Source: Spirochaetia bacterium
Lineage (GTDB): Bacteria; Spirochaetota; Spirochaetia; SZUA-6; Bin103
Assembly: GCA_965208575.1 (NCBI GenBank)
Contig: CBDBOV010000003.1
Coordinates: 512,001-576,000, forward strand
Length of the DNA: 64,000 bases
Direction of reading: 5' to 3'
Shown: positions 32,280-45,029 of the stretch, piece by piece
How positions within the stretch are numbered: position 1 is the first letter of the stretch
Layout: each line of letters begins with the position of its first letter
The notes under the pieces: generated by a model
What the model saw: the letters and a program-made list of their open reading frames with translations, nothing else
Database searches by the model: none
Told to the model about the DNA's origin: nothing
Made by a program: the position numbers and the translations under genes

Positions 32280-35200
32280 TATGGTGTCCAGATTACCGTG
32301 CGAAAAAACAGCAGAATTACGTGAGACCCAACAACCGTGATCGTCACCGTCCCCGCCGCCGCAGACTCCTTGTCGTCGGAATCGGTCACCTTGTACGTGA
32401 AGCTCGCCTTCCCGTTCCAGTCCGCCACCGGCTCGAACACCAGCGTCCCCAGGTCGGCGGCCGCTACCGAGGCCCCGGCGATCACCGCAGCCAGCGGATC
32501 GCCTGCCCTCAGCGTCCCGTGCGTGGCGTCCGGCAGCGTCACGATCTTCACCGACTTCAGCGTGTGCCCGTTCGGGTCGCTGAACGCCCCCGTGAAGTCA
32601 CTCGCCGCGAACATCAGCGTCGTGTCCTCGGCCACGCTCTTGCCGATGTTCGACCCCGTCGGCCGCTCGCCCACGGCGATGGTGACGGTCGCTGCCGCCG
32701 CCGACTCGGCGTCGGAGGAGTCGGTCACCTTGTACGTGAAGCTCGCCGTGCCGTTCCAGTTCGCCACCGGCACGAAGGTGATCGTCCCCAGGCTCGCCGC
32801 CACCACGGTCTGATTGGCGCTCGCCGCCGCCGTGCCCACCTTCAGCGTCCCGCCCGTGCCGGCCGGCAGCGTCACGATCTTCACCGACTTCAGCGCGTGC
32901 CCGTCCGCGTCGCTGAACGCTCCCGTGAAGTCATTCGCCGCAAACGTCAGCGTCGTGCTCTCCGCGGTGCTCTTGCTGATGTCCGACGCCGCCGGCAGGT
33001 CGTCCACCGCGCTCACCGTGATCGTCACCGTCGCCGCCGCCACCGACTCCTCGTCGTCGGAGTCGGTCACCTTGTACGTGAAGCTCGCCTTCCCGTTCCA
33101 GTCCGCCGCAGGCTCGAACGTGATCGTCCCCAGGCTCGCCGCCAGCACGCTCTGTCCCGCGCTCGCGTCCGCCGTGCCCACCTTCAGCGTCCCGTGCGCG
33201 GCGGTCGGCAGCGTCACGATCTTCACCGACTTCAGCGTGTGCCCGTCCGGGTCGCTGAACGCGCCGGTGAAGTCGGACGCCGCGAACGTCAGCGTCGTGT
33301 CCTCGTTGACCGTCTTGCTGATGTCCGACGCCGTCGGCGCGTCGTCCACCGCGCTCACCGTGATGCTCACGGTCGCGGTGGCCACCGACTCCTCGTCGTC
33401 GGAGTCGGTCACCTTGTAGGTGTAGCTCGCAGACCCGTTCCAGTCCGCCGCCGGCTCGAACGTGAGGGTGCCCAGGTTGGCGGCGGTGATCGAGTCCCCG
33501 GCGCTCACCGCAGTCAGCGGATTGCCTGCCTTCAGCGTCCCGTGCGTGGCGGTCGGCAGCGTCACGATCTTCACCGACTTCAACGTGTGCCCGTCCGCGT
33601 CGCTGAACGCGCCGGTGAAATCGCTGGCCGCGAACGTCAGCGTCGTGTCCTCGTTGACCGTCTTGCTGATGTCCGACGCGGTCGGGGCGTCGTCCACCGC
33701 GCTCACCGTGATGCTCACGGTCGCGGCGTCCGCCGACTCCTCGTCGTCGGAGTCGGTCACCTTGTAGGTGAAGCTCGCAGACCCGTTCCAGTCCGCCGCC
33801 GGCTCGAACGTGAGGGTGCCCAGGTTGGCGGCCGCTACCGAGGCGCCCGCGCTCACCGCAGCCAGCGGATTGCCTGCCTTGAGGGTGCCGTGCGCGGCGG
33901 CCGGCAGGGTGACGATCTTCACCGACTTCAGCGTGTGCCCGTTCGGGTCGCTGAACGCCCCCGTGAAGTCACTCGCCGCGAACGTCAGCGTCGTGTCCTC
34001 CGCAGTGCTCTTGCTGATGTCCGACCCGGTCGGCCGTTCGCCCACGGCGATGGTCACGGTGGCTGCCGCCGCCGATTCGGCGTCGGAGGAGTCGGTCACC
34101 TTGTACGTGAAGCTCGCCGTGCCGTTCCAGTTCGCCACCGGCACGAAGGTGATCGTCCCCAGGCTCGCCGCCACCACGGTCTGATTGGCGCTCGCCGCCG
34201 CCGTGCCCACCTTCAGCGTCCCGCCCGTGCCGGCCGGCAGCGTCACGATCTTCACCGACTTCAGCGCGTGCCCGTCCGCGTCGCTGAACGCTCCCGTGAA
34301 GTCATTCGCCGCAAACGTCAGCGTCGTGCTCTCCGCGGTGCTCTTGCTGATGTCCGACGCCGCCGGCAGGTCGTCCACCGCGCTCACCGTGATCGTCACC
34401 GTCGCCGCCGCCACCGACTCCTCGTCGGCGGAGTCGGTCACCTTGTACGTGAAGCTCGCCTTCCCGTTCCAGTCCGCCGCAGGCTCGAACGTGATCGTCC
34501 CCAGGCTCGCCGCCAGCACGCTCTGTCCCGCGCTCGCGTCCGCCGTGCCCACCTTCAGCGTCCCGTGCGCGGCGGTCGGCAGCGTCACGATCTTCACCGA
34601 CTTCAGCGTGTGCCCGTCCGGGTCGCTGAACGCGCCGGTGAAGTCGGACGCCGCGAACGTCAGCGTCGTGTCCTCGTTGACCGTCTTGCTGATGTCCGAC
34701 GCCGTCGGCGCGTCGTCCACCGCGCTCACCGTGATGCTCACGGTCGCGGTGGCCACCGACTCCTCGTCGTCGGAGTCGGTCACCTTGTAGGTGTAGCTCG
34801 CAGACCCGTTCCAGTCCGCCGCCGGCTCGAACGTGAGGGTGCCCAGGTTGGCGGCGGTGATCGAGTCCCCGGCGCTCACCACAGTCAGCGGATTGCCTGC
34901 CTTCAGCGTCCCGTGCGTGGCGGTCGGCAGCGTCACGATCTTCACCGACTTCAACGTGTGCCCGTCGGGGTCGCTGAACGCGCCGGTGAAGTCACTCGCC
35001 GCAAACATCAGCGTCGTGTCCTCCGCGGTGCTCTTCCTGATGTCCGACGCCGTCGGCAGGTCGTCCACCGCGCTCACCGTGATCGTCACCGTCCCCGCCG
35101 CCGCAGACTCCTTGTCGTCGGAATCGGTCACCTTGTACGTGAAGCTCGCCTTCCCGTTCCAGTCCGCCACCGGCTCGAACACCAGCGTCCCCAGGTCGGC

Positions 35201-37129
35201 GGCCGCTACCGAGGCCCCGGCGATCACCGCAGCCAGCGGATCGCCTGCCCTCAGCGTCCCGTGCGTGGCGTCCGGCAGCGTCACGATCTTCACCGACTTC
35301 AGCGTGTGCCCGTTCGGGTCGCTGAACGCCCCCGTGAAGTCACTCGCCGCGAACGTCAGCGTCGTGTCCTCGGCCACGCTCTTGCCGATGTCCGACCCCG
35401 TCGGCCGCTCGCCCACGGCGATGGTGACGGTCGCTGCCGCCGCCGACTCGGCGTCGGAGGAGTCGGTCACCTTGTACGTGAAGCTCGCCGTGCCGTTCCA
35501 GTTCGCCACCGGCACGAAGGTGATCGTCCCCAGGCTCGCCGCCACCACGGTCTGATTGGCGCTCGCCGCCGCCGTGCCCACCTTCAGCGTCCCGCCCGTG
35601 CCGGCCGGCAGCGTCACGATCTTCACCGACTTCAGCGCGTGCCCGTCCGCGTCGCTGAACGCTCCCGTGAAGTCATTCGCCGCAAACGTCAGCGTCGTGC
35701 TCTCCGCGGTGCTCTTGCTGATGTCCGACGCCGTCGGCAGGTCATCCACCGCGCTCACCGTGATCGTCACCGTCGCCGCCGCCACCGACTCCTCGTCGTC
35801 GGAGTCGGTCACCTTGTACGTGAAGCTCGCCTTCCCGTTCCAGTCCGCCGCAGGCTCGAACGTGATCGTCCCCAGGCTCGCCGCCAGCACGCTCTGTCCC
35901 GCGCTCGCGTCCGCCGTGCCCACCTTCAGCGTCCCGTGCGCGGCGGTCGGCAGCGTCACGATCTTCACCGACTTCAGCGTGTGCCCGTCCGGGTCGCTGA
36001 ACGCGCCGGTGAAGTCGGACGCCGCGAACGTCAGCGTCGTGTCCTCGTTGACCGTCTTGCTGATGTCCGACGCCGTCGGCGCGTCGTCCACCGCGCTCAC
36101 CGTGATGCTCACGGTCGCGGTGGCCACCGACTCCTCGTCGTCGGAGTCGGTCACCTTGTAGGTGTAGCTCGCAGACCCGTTCCAGTCCGCCGCCGGCTCG
36201 AACGTGAGGGTGCCCAGGTTGGCGGCCGCCACCGAGGCGCCGGCGCTCACTGCAGCCAGCGGATTGCCTGCCTTCAACGTCCCGTGCCCGCCATCCGGCA
36301 GCGTCACGATCTTCACCGACTTCAGCGTGTGCCCGTCGGGGTCGCTGAACGCGCCGGTGAAATCGCTGGCCGCGAACGTCAGCGTCGTGTCCTCGTTGAC
36401 CGTCTTGCTGATGTCCGACGCGGTCGGGGCGTCGTCCACCGCGCTCACCGTGATGCTCACGGTCGCGGCGTCCGCCGACTCCTCGTCGTCGGAGTCGGTC
36501 ACCTTGTACGTGAAGCTCGCCTTCCCGTTCCAGTCCGCCGCCGGCTCGAACTTGAGGGTGCCCAGGTTGGCGGCCGTGATCGAGGCGCCGGCGCTCACCG
36601 CAGCCAGCGGATCGCCTGCCTTCAACGTCCCGTGCGCGGCGGTCGGCAGCGTCACGATCTTCACCGACTTCAGCGTGTGGCCGTCCGGGTCGCTGAACGC
36701 GCCGGTGAAGTCCGCCGCCGCGAACGTCAGCGTCGTGTCCTCGTTGACCGTCTTGCTGATGTCCGACGCCGTCGGCTTGTCGTCTACCGCGCTCACCGTG
36801 ATGCTCACGGTCGCGGCGTCCGCGGACTCATCGTCGTCGGAGTCGGTCACCTTGTACGTGAAGCTCGCCTTCCCGTTCCAGTCCGCCGCCGGCTCGAACT
36901 TGAGCGTCCCCAGGCTGCCGGCCAGCACGACCTGACTGGTGGTCGCGTCCGTCGTGCCGACCTTCAGCTTCCCGTGCTCGGCGTCCGGCAGCGTCACCAC
37001 CTTCACCGACTTCAGCGTGTGCCCGTCCGCGTCGCTGAACGCTCCCGTGAAGTCAGACGCCGCGAACGTCAGCGTCGTGTCCTCGTCCACGGTCTTGCTG
37101 ATGCCGGACGCCGTCGGCGCCGTCGCCCA

Positions 37130-40100
37130 GGCCGCCTTCGCGGTCTCGGCCTCCGCGGGACCCGCGTTCGCCCCGTCGCTCGCCGCGTTGGCCCTCACCG
37201 CCACGACCACGTCGGACCCGGACGTGGGCATCACCGCCAGCGTGTAGGTCCTGGCGTCGGTGGCGGCGAACGTCCCCGTCGTTCCGCCGGTTACCGCCAC
37301 GTCGCCGGCCGCGAACTCCCTCACGTCCTCCGACCACGTGAACGTGGCCGTGAATGCCGTCGTCGAGTTGATCTTGGCCGGCACCCCGGTGATCGCCACC
37401 GTCGGAGCCGTCGCGTCCCACGTCGCCTTCGCGGTCTCGGTCGCCGCCGGACCCGTGTTGACCCCGTCGGTGGCCGCGTCATTCGCCACCGTCACGACCA
37501 CGCTGGCCCCGGACGTCGGCGTCACCGCCAGCGTGTAGGTTCTGGCGTCGGTGGCGGCGAACGTCCCCGTCGTTCCGCCGGTTACCGTCACGTCCCCGGT
37601 CGCGAAACCCCTCACGTCCTCCGACCACGTGAACGTGGCCGTGAACGCCGCCGTCGAGTTGATCTTGCCCGGCACCCTGGTGATCGCCACCGTCGGCGCC
37701 GCCGCGTCCCAGGTCGCCGTCGCGGTCTCGGTCGCCGCCGGACCCGTGTTGACCCCGTCGGTCGCCGAGTTCGCCGCCACCGTCACGACCACGCTGGCCC
37801 CGGACGTCGGCGTCACCGCCAGCGTGTAGGTTCTGGCGTCGGTGGCGGCGAACGTCCCCGTCGTTCCGCCGGTTACCGTCACGTCCCCGGCCGCGAAGTC
37901 CGTCACGTCCTCCGACCAGGTGAACGTCACGGTGCGATCGCTCGTCGAGTTGATCCTGGCCGGCACTCCGGTGATCGCCACCGTCGGCGCCGCCGCGTCC
38001 CAGGTCGCCGTCTCGGTCACCGCCGCCGCCGGACCCGTGTTGACCCCGTCGGTGGCCGCGTCATTCGCCACCGTCACGACTACGCCGGCCCCGGACGTCG
38101 GCGTCACCAACAGCGTGTAGGTCCTGGCGTCGGTGGCGGCGAACGTCCCCTTCGTCCCGCCGGTCACCGTCACGTCCCCGGCCGCGAAGTCCGTCACGTC
38201 CTCCGACCACCTGAACGTCACGCTCAGCGCAGTCGTCGCGTTGATCTTGGCCGGCACACCGGTGATCGCCACCGTCGGCGCCGCCGCGTCCCAGGCCGCC
38301 GTCTCGGTCACCGCCGCCGCCGGACCCGTGTTGACCCCGTCGGTGGCCGCGTCATTCGCCACCGTCACGACCACGCCGGCCCCGGACGTCGGCGTGACCA
38401 ACAGCGTGTAGGTCCTGGCGTCGGTGGCGGCGAACGTCCCCTTCGTCCCGCCGGTCACCGTCACGTCCCCGGTCGCGAATCCCGTCACGTCCTCCGACCA
38501 GGTGAACGTCACGGTGCGATCGCTCGTCGCGTTGATCTTGGCCGGCACACCGGTGATCGCCACCGTCGGCGCCGCCGCGTCCCAGGTCGCCGTCTCGGTC
38601 ACCGCCGCCGCCGGACCCGTGTTGACCCCGTCGGTGGCCGCGTCATTCGCCACCGTCACGACCACGCCGGCCCCGGACATCGGCGTCACCAACAGCGTGT
38701 AGGTCCCGGCGTCGGTGGCGACGAACGTCCCCTTCGTTCCGCCGGTCACCGTCACGTCCCCGGCCGCGAAGTCCGTCACGTCCTCCGACCACGTGAACGT
38801 CACGCTCAGCGCAGTCGTCGCGTTGATCTTCGAAGGCACACCGCTGATCCCCACCGTCGGCGCCGTCGCGTCCCAGGTCGCCGTCTCGGTCACCGCCGCC
38901 GCCGGACCCGTGTTGACCCCGTCGGTGGCCGCGACATTCGCCACCGTCACCACCACGTCGGCATTCCCCGACGGCGTCACCGCCAGCGTGTACTCCTTGC
39001 CGCTGGTGGCCGTGAACGTCCCTTTCGTCCCGCCGGTCACCGTCACGTCCCCGGCCGCGAAGTCCGTCACGTCCTCCGACCACGTGAACGTCACGTCCAG
39101 CGCCGTCCTCGCGTTGATCTTCGAAGGTACACCGCTGATCCCGACCGTCGGCGCCGTCGCGTCCCAGGTCGCCGTCGCGGTCTCGGCCGCCGCCGGACCC
39201 GTGTTGACCCCGTCGGTGGCCGCGACATTCGCCACCGTCACCACCACGTCGGCATTCCCCGACGGCGTCACCAACAGCGTGTAGGTCCTGGCGTCGGTGG
39301 CGGCGAACGTCCCCTTCGTTCCGCCGGTCACCGTCACGTCGCCGGTCTCGAACCCCGTCACGTCCTCCGACCACGTGAACGTCACGTCCAGCGCCGTCGT
39401 CGCGTTGATCTTCGAAGGCACACCGCTGATCCCGACCGTCGGCGCCGTCGCGTCCCAGGTCGCTGTCGCGGTCACCGCCGAGGCCGGACCCGTGTTCGCC
39501 CCGTCGGTCGCCGCGTCATTCGCCACCGTCACCACCACGTCCGCAGAGGCGGTCGGGGTGACGATCAGCGTGTACTCCGTGGCGCTCGTCGCCTCGAGCG
39601 TTCCCTTCGCACCCCCCGTCACCGTCACGTCTCCGGTCTCGAATCCCGTCACGTCCTCCGAGAACGTGAACGTGACCGTGAACGCCGTCGTCGCGTTGAT
39701 CTTCGAAGGCACACCGCCGATCCCCACCGTCGGCGCCGTCGCGTCCCAGGTCGCCGTCGCGGTCTCGGCCGCCGCCGGACCCGTGTTGACCCCGTCGGTG
39801 GCCGCGACATTCGCCACCGTCACCACCACGTCGGCATTCCCCGATGGCGTCACCGCCAGCGTGTACTCCTTGCCGCTGGTGGCCGTGAACGTCCCCTTCG
39901 TCCCGCCGGTCACCGTCACGTCCCCGGCCGCGAAGTCCGTCACGTCCTCCGACCACGTGAACGTCACGTCCAGCGCCGTCGTCGCGTTGATCTTCGAAGG
40001 CACGCCGCTGATCCCGACCGTCGGCGCCGTCGCGTCCCAGGTCGCCGTCTCGGTCTCGGCCGCCGCCGGACCCGTGTTGACCCCGTCGGTGGCCGCGACA

Positions 40101-40610
40101 TTCGCCACCGTCACCACCACGTCGGCATTCCCGGACGGCGTCACCACCAGCGTGTACTTCTTGGCGCTGGTGGCCGTGAACGCCCCCTTCGTTCCGCCGG
40201 TCACCGTCACGTCGCCGGTCTCGAACCCCGTCACGTCCTCCGACCACGTGAACGTCACGTCCAGCGCCGTCGTCGCGTTGATCTTCGAAGGCACACCGCT
40301 GATCCCGACCGTCGGCGCCGTCGCGTCCCAGGTCGCCGTCGCGGTCACCGCCGCCGCCGGACCCGTGTTGACCCCGTCGGTCGCCGCGTCATTCGCCACC
40401 GTCACGACCACGCTCGACCCGGACGCGGGCGTCACGACGAGAGTGTAGGTGCGGGCGTCGGTGACGGCGAACGTCCCCTTCGTCCCGCCGGTCACCGTCA
40501 CGTCGCCGGTCTCGAACCCCGTCACGTCCTCCGACCAGGTGAACGTCACGGTGAGATCGCTCGTCGCGTTGATCCGGGCCGGCACCCCGGTGATCCCCAC
40601 CGTTGGCGTT
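37130..40610 (-). repeat. 12 tandem 97-aa (291-bp) bacterial Ig-like repeats
   Basis: PTVxIxGVP..IN...VTFTWSEDVTGF..GDVTVTGGTKGTF recurs with a 291-bp period. Confidence 0.92.
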
Positions 40611-40964
40611 TCGCTGTCGAACAGCGTCAGCGGCAGGTCGTCCGCGGCGGCGTAGCTGATTCCACGGAAGCAGGGTGACTCACTCCTCGGGCAGCCGGCA
40701 ACGCTCGGCGACGGCAGCGTCCCGACGTTCACCTGCGCCGGCTGTCCGTCGGTCGACTGCGTCACCGTGAAGGTCGAACTCGCCAGCCCCCCGGCGCCGA
40801 CCGACGCCGATGCTGGCGCCGTAGCGCCCGTCACGCTCAGCGGAACCTCCAGGCTCTCGGGCGCGCCCTCGCGAACCGTCACCTTCACCGTCGCCGGACT
40901 CCCCGCGTGCGGCGCCCCGTCGGTCCGCTCCAGACCCACCGTCAGCGCAAACGGCGCACCCGGA

Positions 40965-41735
40965 TTGCCGGTCAGGTCCAGCTCCCCCAGCACGGTCAAC
41001 CCGTTGAACACGCCCGGCGGCAAACTGCTCAGACCGGTGTTTTGCAAATACAGATAATGCAGCCTGGTCAGCCCGTCGAACACGTCCGGCGGCAAACTGC
41101 TCAGATTGTTGCCATCCAGGTCCAGCCGCGTCAGCCAGGTCAGGTCGTCGAACACGTCCGGCGGCAAACTGCTCAGATTGTTGTCGGACAGATTCAGATG
41201 ACTCAGCCAGGTCAGGTCGTCGAACACGTCCGGCGGCAAACTGCTCAGATTGTTGTCGGACAGATACAGACTACTCAGCCAGGTCAGGTCGTCGAACACG
41301 TCCGGCGGCAAACTGCTCAGATTGTTGTCGGACAGATTCAGACTATTCAGCCGGGTCAGGTCGTCGAACGCGTCCGGCGGTAAACTGCTCAGACTGTTGC
41401 CGCCCAGCCGCAACGTCCTCAGCGCGGTCAGGTCGTCGAACACGCCCAGCGGCCAACTGCTCAGATTGTTGTCGGACAGATCCAGTGTCCTCAGCCTGGG
41501 CAGATCGTCGAACACGCCCGGCGGTAAACTGCTTATATCGTTGCCAATCAGCCACAGCGACGTCAGCCCGGTCAGCCCGGCAAAGTCGCCGGTCCGCAGC
41601 GACTCGATGCCGAGGCCAGGCAACAACCAAAGCGTGATGCCCGCCAGGTCCGCCAGGGTGACGGCCTGGCAGTCCGTCTTCGAGACCGTTCTCAGAATAC
41701 TGTTTTGCAACTGCCGGGTGCGGCCGCAGATGCCC
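40965..41735 (-). repeat. LRR head 2: Cys N-cap + 8 full 24-aa LRRs
   Basis: GICGRT...DCQAVT N-cap; LTxLxxLxLxxNxLSSLPPDVFDD units with a 72-bp period. Confidence 0.92.
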
Positions 41736-42054
41736 GTGAAGGGGGTGCTGTTGGTCACCGCCCGGTCCGTCAGGTAGCCCGCGTCGTTGCCCGCGATGTC
41801 CTGGACCGGGTTCGCCAACGGCGCCATGTAGCTCATCGTCACCATGTCGCCGTACGCCACCGCCGAGGCCAGCGTCAGCGTCACCGCCGAGCCGGTGATG
41901 GATACCGCGCCGCTGGCCGCCAAACTCACCTCGGTCCCGCCCACGTTCACCGTGAACGCGCTCGACGCCGGCTTCGAAGCCTCGTCCAACGCCTCGTTGT
42001 ACGTCAGGGTCAGCGTCGCCCCGTCCACCGCCGCGGTGGAGAGCGTCGGCGCCG

Positions 42055-44670
42055 CCGCGTCCCAGGCCGCCGTCTCGGTCACCGCCGTCGCCGGCCCCGT
42101 CTGCAGCCCGTCCGTCGCCGAGTTCGCAGCCACCGTCACGACCACGCCGGCCCCCGACGTGGGCGTCACCAACAGCGTGTAGGTCCTGGCGTCGGTGGCG
42201 GCGAACGTCCCCTTCGTCCCGCCGGTCACCGTCACGTCGCCGGTCTCGAATCCCGTCACGTCCTCCGACCAGGTGAACGTCACGGTGAGATCGCTCGTCG
42301 CGTTGATCCGGGCCGGCACCCCGGTGATCGCCACCGCCGGCGCCGCCGCGTCCCAGGCCGCCGTCTCGGTCACCGCCGCCGCCGGCCCCGTGTTGACCCC
42401 GTCGGTGGCCGCGTCGTTCGCCACCGTCACGACCACGTCGGCGTTCCCGGACGGTGTCACCGCCAGCGTGTACTCCCTGGCGCTGGTGGCCGTGAACGTC
42501 CCCTTCGTCCCGCCGGTCACCGTCACGTCCCCGGCCGCGAAGTCCGTCACGTCCTCCGACCACGTGAACGTGACCGTGCGCGCCGTCGCCGAGTCGATCC
42601 TGGGCGGCACCCCGGTGATCGCCACCTTCGGCGCCGCCGCGTCCCAGGCGGCCGTCGCCTCGACCGTCGCCGCCGGACCCGTCTGCAGCCCGTCCGTCAC
42701 CGAGTTCGCCGCCACCGTCACCACCACGTCCGCCGAGCCCGTCGGCGTTACCGCCAGCGAGTACTCCCTGTCGCTGGTCGCCGTGACCGTCCCCTTCGTA
42801 CCACCTGTCACCGTCACGTCACCCGTCTCGAACTCCGTCACGTCCTCCGACCACGTGAACGTCACGCTCAGCGCCGTCTTCGCGTTGATCTTCGAAGGCA
42901 CACCGCTGATCCCGACCTTCGGCGCCGCCGCGTCCCAGGCCGCCGTCTCGGTCACCGCCGCCGCCGGACCCGTGTTGACCCCGTCGGTGGCCGCGTCATT
43001 CGCCACCGTCACGACCACGCCGGCCCCGGACGTCGGCGTCACCAACAGCGTGTAGGTCCTGGCGTCGGTGGCGGCGAACGTCCCCTTCGTCCCGCCGGTC
43101 ACCGTCACGTCGCCGGTCTCGAATCCCGTCACGTCCTCCGACCACGTGAACGTCACGTTCAGCGCCGTCGTCGCGTTGATCTTCGAAGGCACACCGCTGA
43201 TCCCGACCTTCGGCGCCGCCGCGTCCCAGGCCGCCGTCTCGGTCACCGCCGCCGCCGGACCCGTGTTGACCCCGTCGGTCGCCGCGTTCGCCCCGACCGT
43301 CACGACCACGTCGGCACTCCCGGACGGCGTCACCGCCAGCGTGTACTCCCTGGCGCTGGTCGCCTTGAACGTCCCCTTCGTACCACCCGTCACCGTCACG
43401 TCACCCGTCTCGAACTCCGTCACGTCCTCCGACCACGTGAACGTGACCGTGAGCGCCGTCGCCGAGTCGATCTTGGCCGGCACCCCCGTGATCGCCACTG
43501 TCGGCGCCGCCGCGTCCCAGGCCGCCGTCTCGGTCACCGCCGCCGCCGGCCCCGTGTTGACCCCGTCGGTGGCCGCGTCGTTCGCCACCGTCACGACCAC
43601 GTCGGCGTTCCCGGACGGCGTCACCGCCAGCGTGTACTCCCTGGCGCTGGTGGCCGTGAACGTCCCCTTCGTACCACCTGTCACCGTCACGTCACCCGTC
43701 TCGAACTCCGTCACGTCTTCCGACCACGTGAACGTCACGGTGAGATCGCTCTTCGCGTTGATCTTGGCCGGCACCCCGGTGATCGCCATCGTCGGCGCCG
43801 CCACGTCCCAGGCCGCCGTCTCGGTCACCGCCGCCGCCGGACCCGTGTTCGCCCCGTCGGTCGCCGCGTTCGCCACGACCGTCACGACCACGTCGGCGTT
43901 CCCGGACGGCGTCACCACCAGCGTGTACTCCTTGGCGCTGGTGGCCGCGAACGTCCCCTTCGCCCCGCCGGTCACCGTCACGTCGTGAGTCTCGAACCCC
44001 GTCACGTCTTCCGACCACGTGAACGTCACGCTCAGCGCCGTCGTCGAGTTGACCGCCGAAGGCACCCCGGTGATCGCCATCGTCGGCGCCGCCACGTCCC
44101 AGGCCGCCGTTTCGGTCACCGCCGCCGCCGGCCCCGTGTTGACCCCGTCGGTCGCCGCGTTCGCCACGACCGTCACGACCACGTCGGCGTTCCCGGACGG
44201 CGTCACCACCAGCGTGTAGGTCTTGGCGTCCGTGGCGGCGAACGTTCCCTTCGTCCCGCCGGTCACCGTCACGTCGCCGGTCTCGAACCCCGTCACGTCC
44301 TCCGACCACGTGAACGTCACGAAGAAATCGCTCGCCGAGTTGATCCGGGCCGGCACCCCGGTGATCGCCACCGTCGGCGCCGCCGCGTCCCAGGCCGCCG
44401 TCTCGGTCACCGCCGCCGCCGGCCCCGTGTTGACCCCGTCGGTGGCCACGTCATTCGCCACCGTCACGACCACGTTGGACCCGGAGGTGGGCGTCACCGT
44501 CAGCGTGTAGGTCTTGGCGTCCGTGGCGGCGAACGTTCCCTTCGTCCCGCCGGTCACCGTCACGTCGCCGGTCTCGAACCCCGTCACGTCCTCCGACCAC
44601 GTGAACGTCACGCTCAGCGCCGTCGTCGAGTTGATCGCCGAAGGCACCCCGGTGATCGCCACCCTCGGCG
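42055..44670 (-). repeat. 9 tandem 97-aa bacterial Ig-like repeats
   Basis: Same 291-bp unit as 37130-40610. Confidence 0.92.
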
Positions 44671-45029
44671 TTTCGCTGCCGAACAGCGTCAGCGGCAGGT
44701 CGTCCGCGGCGGCGTAGCTGATTCCACGGAAGCAGGGTGGCCGCCACCCCCAGCAGCCGCCACGGTTCGGCGACGGCAGCGTCCCGACGTTCACCTGCGC
44801 CGGCTGTCCGTCGGTCGACTGCGTCACCGTGAAGGTCGAACTCGCCAGCCCCCCGGCGCCCACCGACGCCGATGCTGGCGCGGTAGCGCCCGTCACGCTC
44901 AGCGGAACCTCCAGGCTCTCGGGCGCGCCCTCGCGAACCGTCACCTTCACCGTCGCCGGACTCCCCGCGTGCGGCGCCCCGTCGGTCCGCTCCAGACCCA
45001 CCGTCAGCGCAAACGGCGCACCCGGATTG

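Larger units (their letters stand above)
28763..32333 (+). mobile_element. 3571-bp four-gene transposon with TG...CA ends and 5-bp TSD (Mu/IS21/Tn7-like DDE + AAA)
   Basis: Ends TGTCGGCTCTCAG and GTGAGACCCAACA. ACCGT TSD at 28758-28762 and 32334-32338. TC(T/G)CA..TG-type sites repeat at both ends. Confidence 0.92.
21560..37120 (-). repeat. 35 cadherin-like (~114 aa) repeats in a 4-repeat, 1371-bp higher-order unit (interrupted at 28763-32333)
   Basis: PTASDISK..EDTTLTF...DGHTLKSVKIVTLP...WNGxASFTYKVTD repeats. The same anchor recurs at 23754, 25125, 26496, 27867, 32814, 34185 and 35556 (also 22389). Confidence 0.95.

Noticed and set aside
32048-32333. C-terminal ~95 aa of the 4860-aa ORF
   Set aside because: Read-through into the transposon's right end, antisense to its fourth gene.
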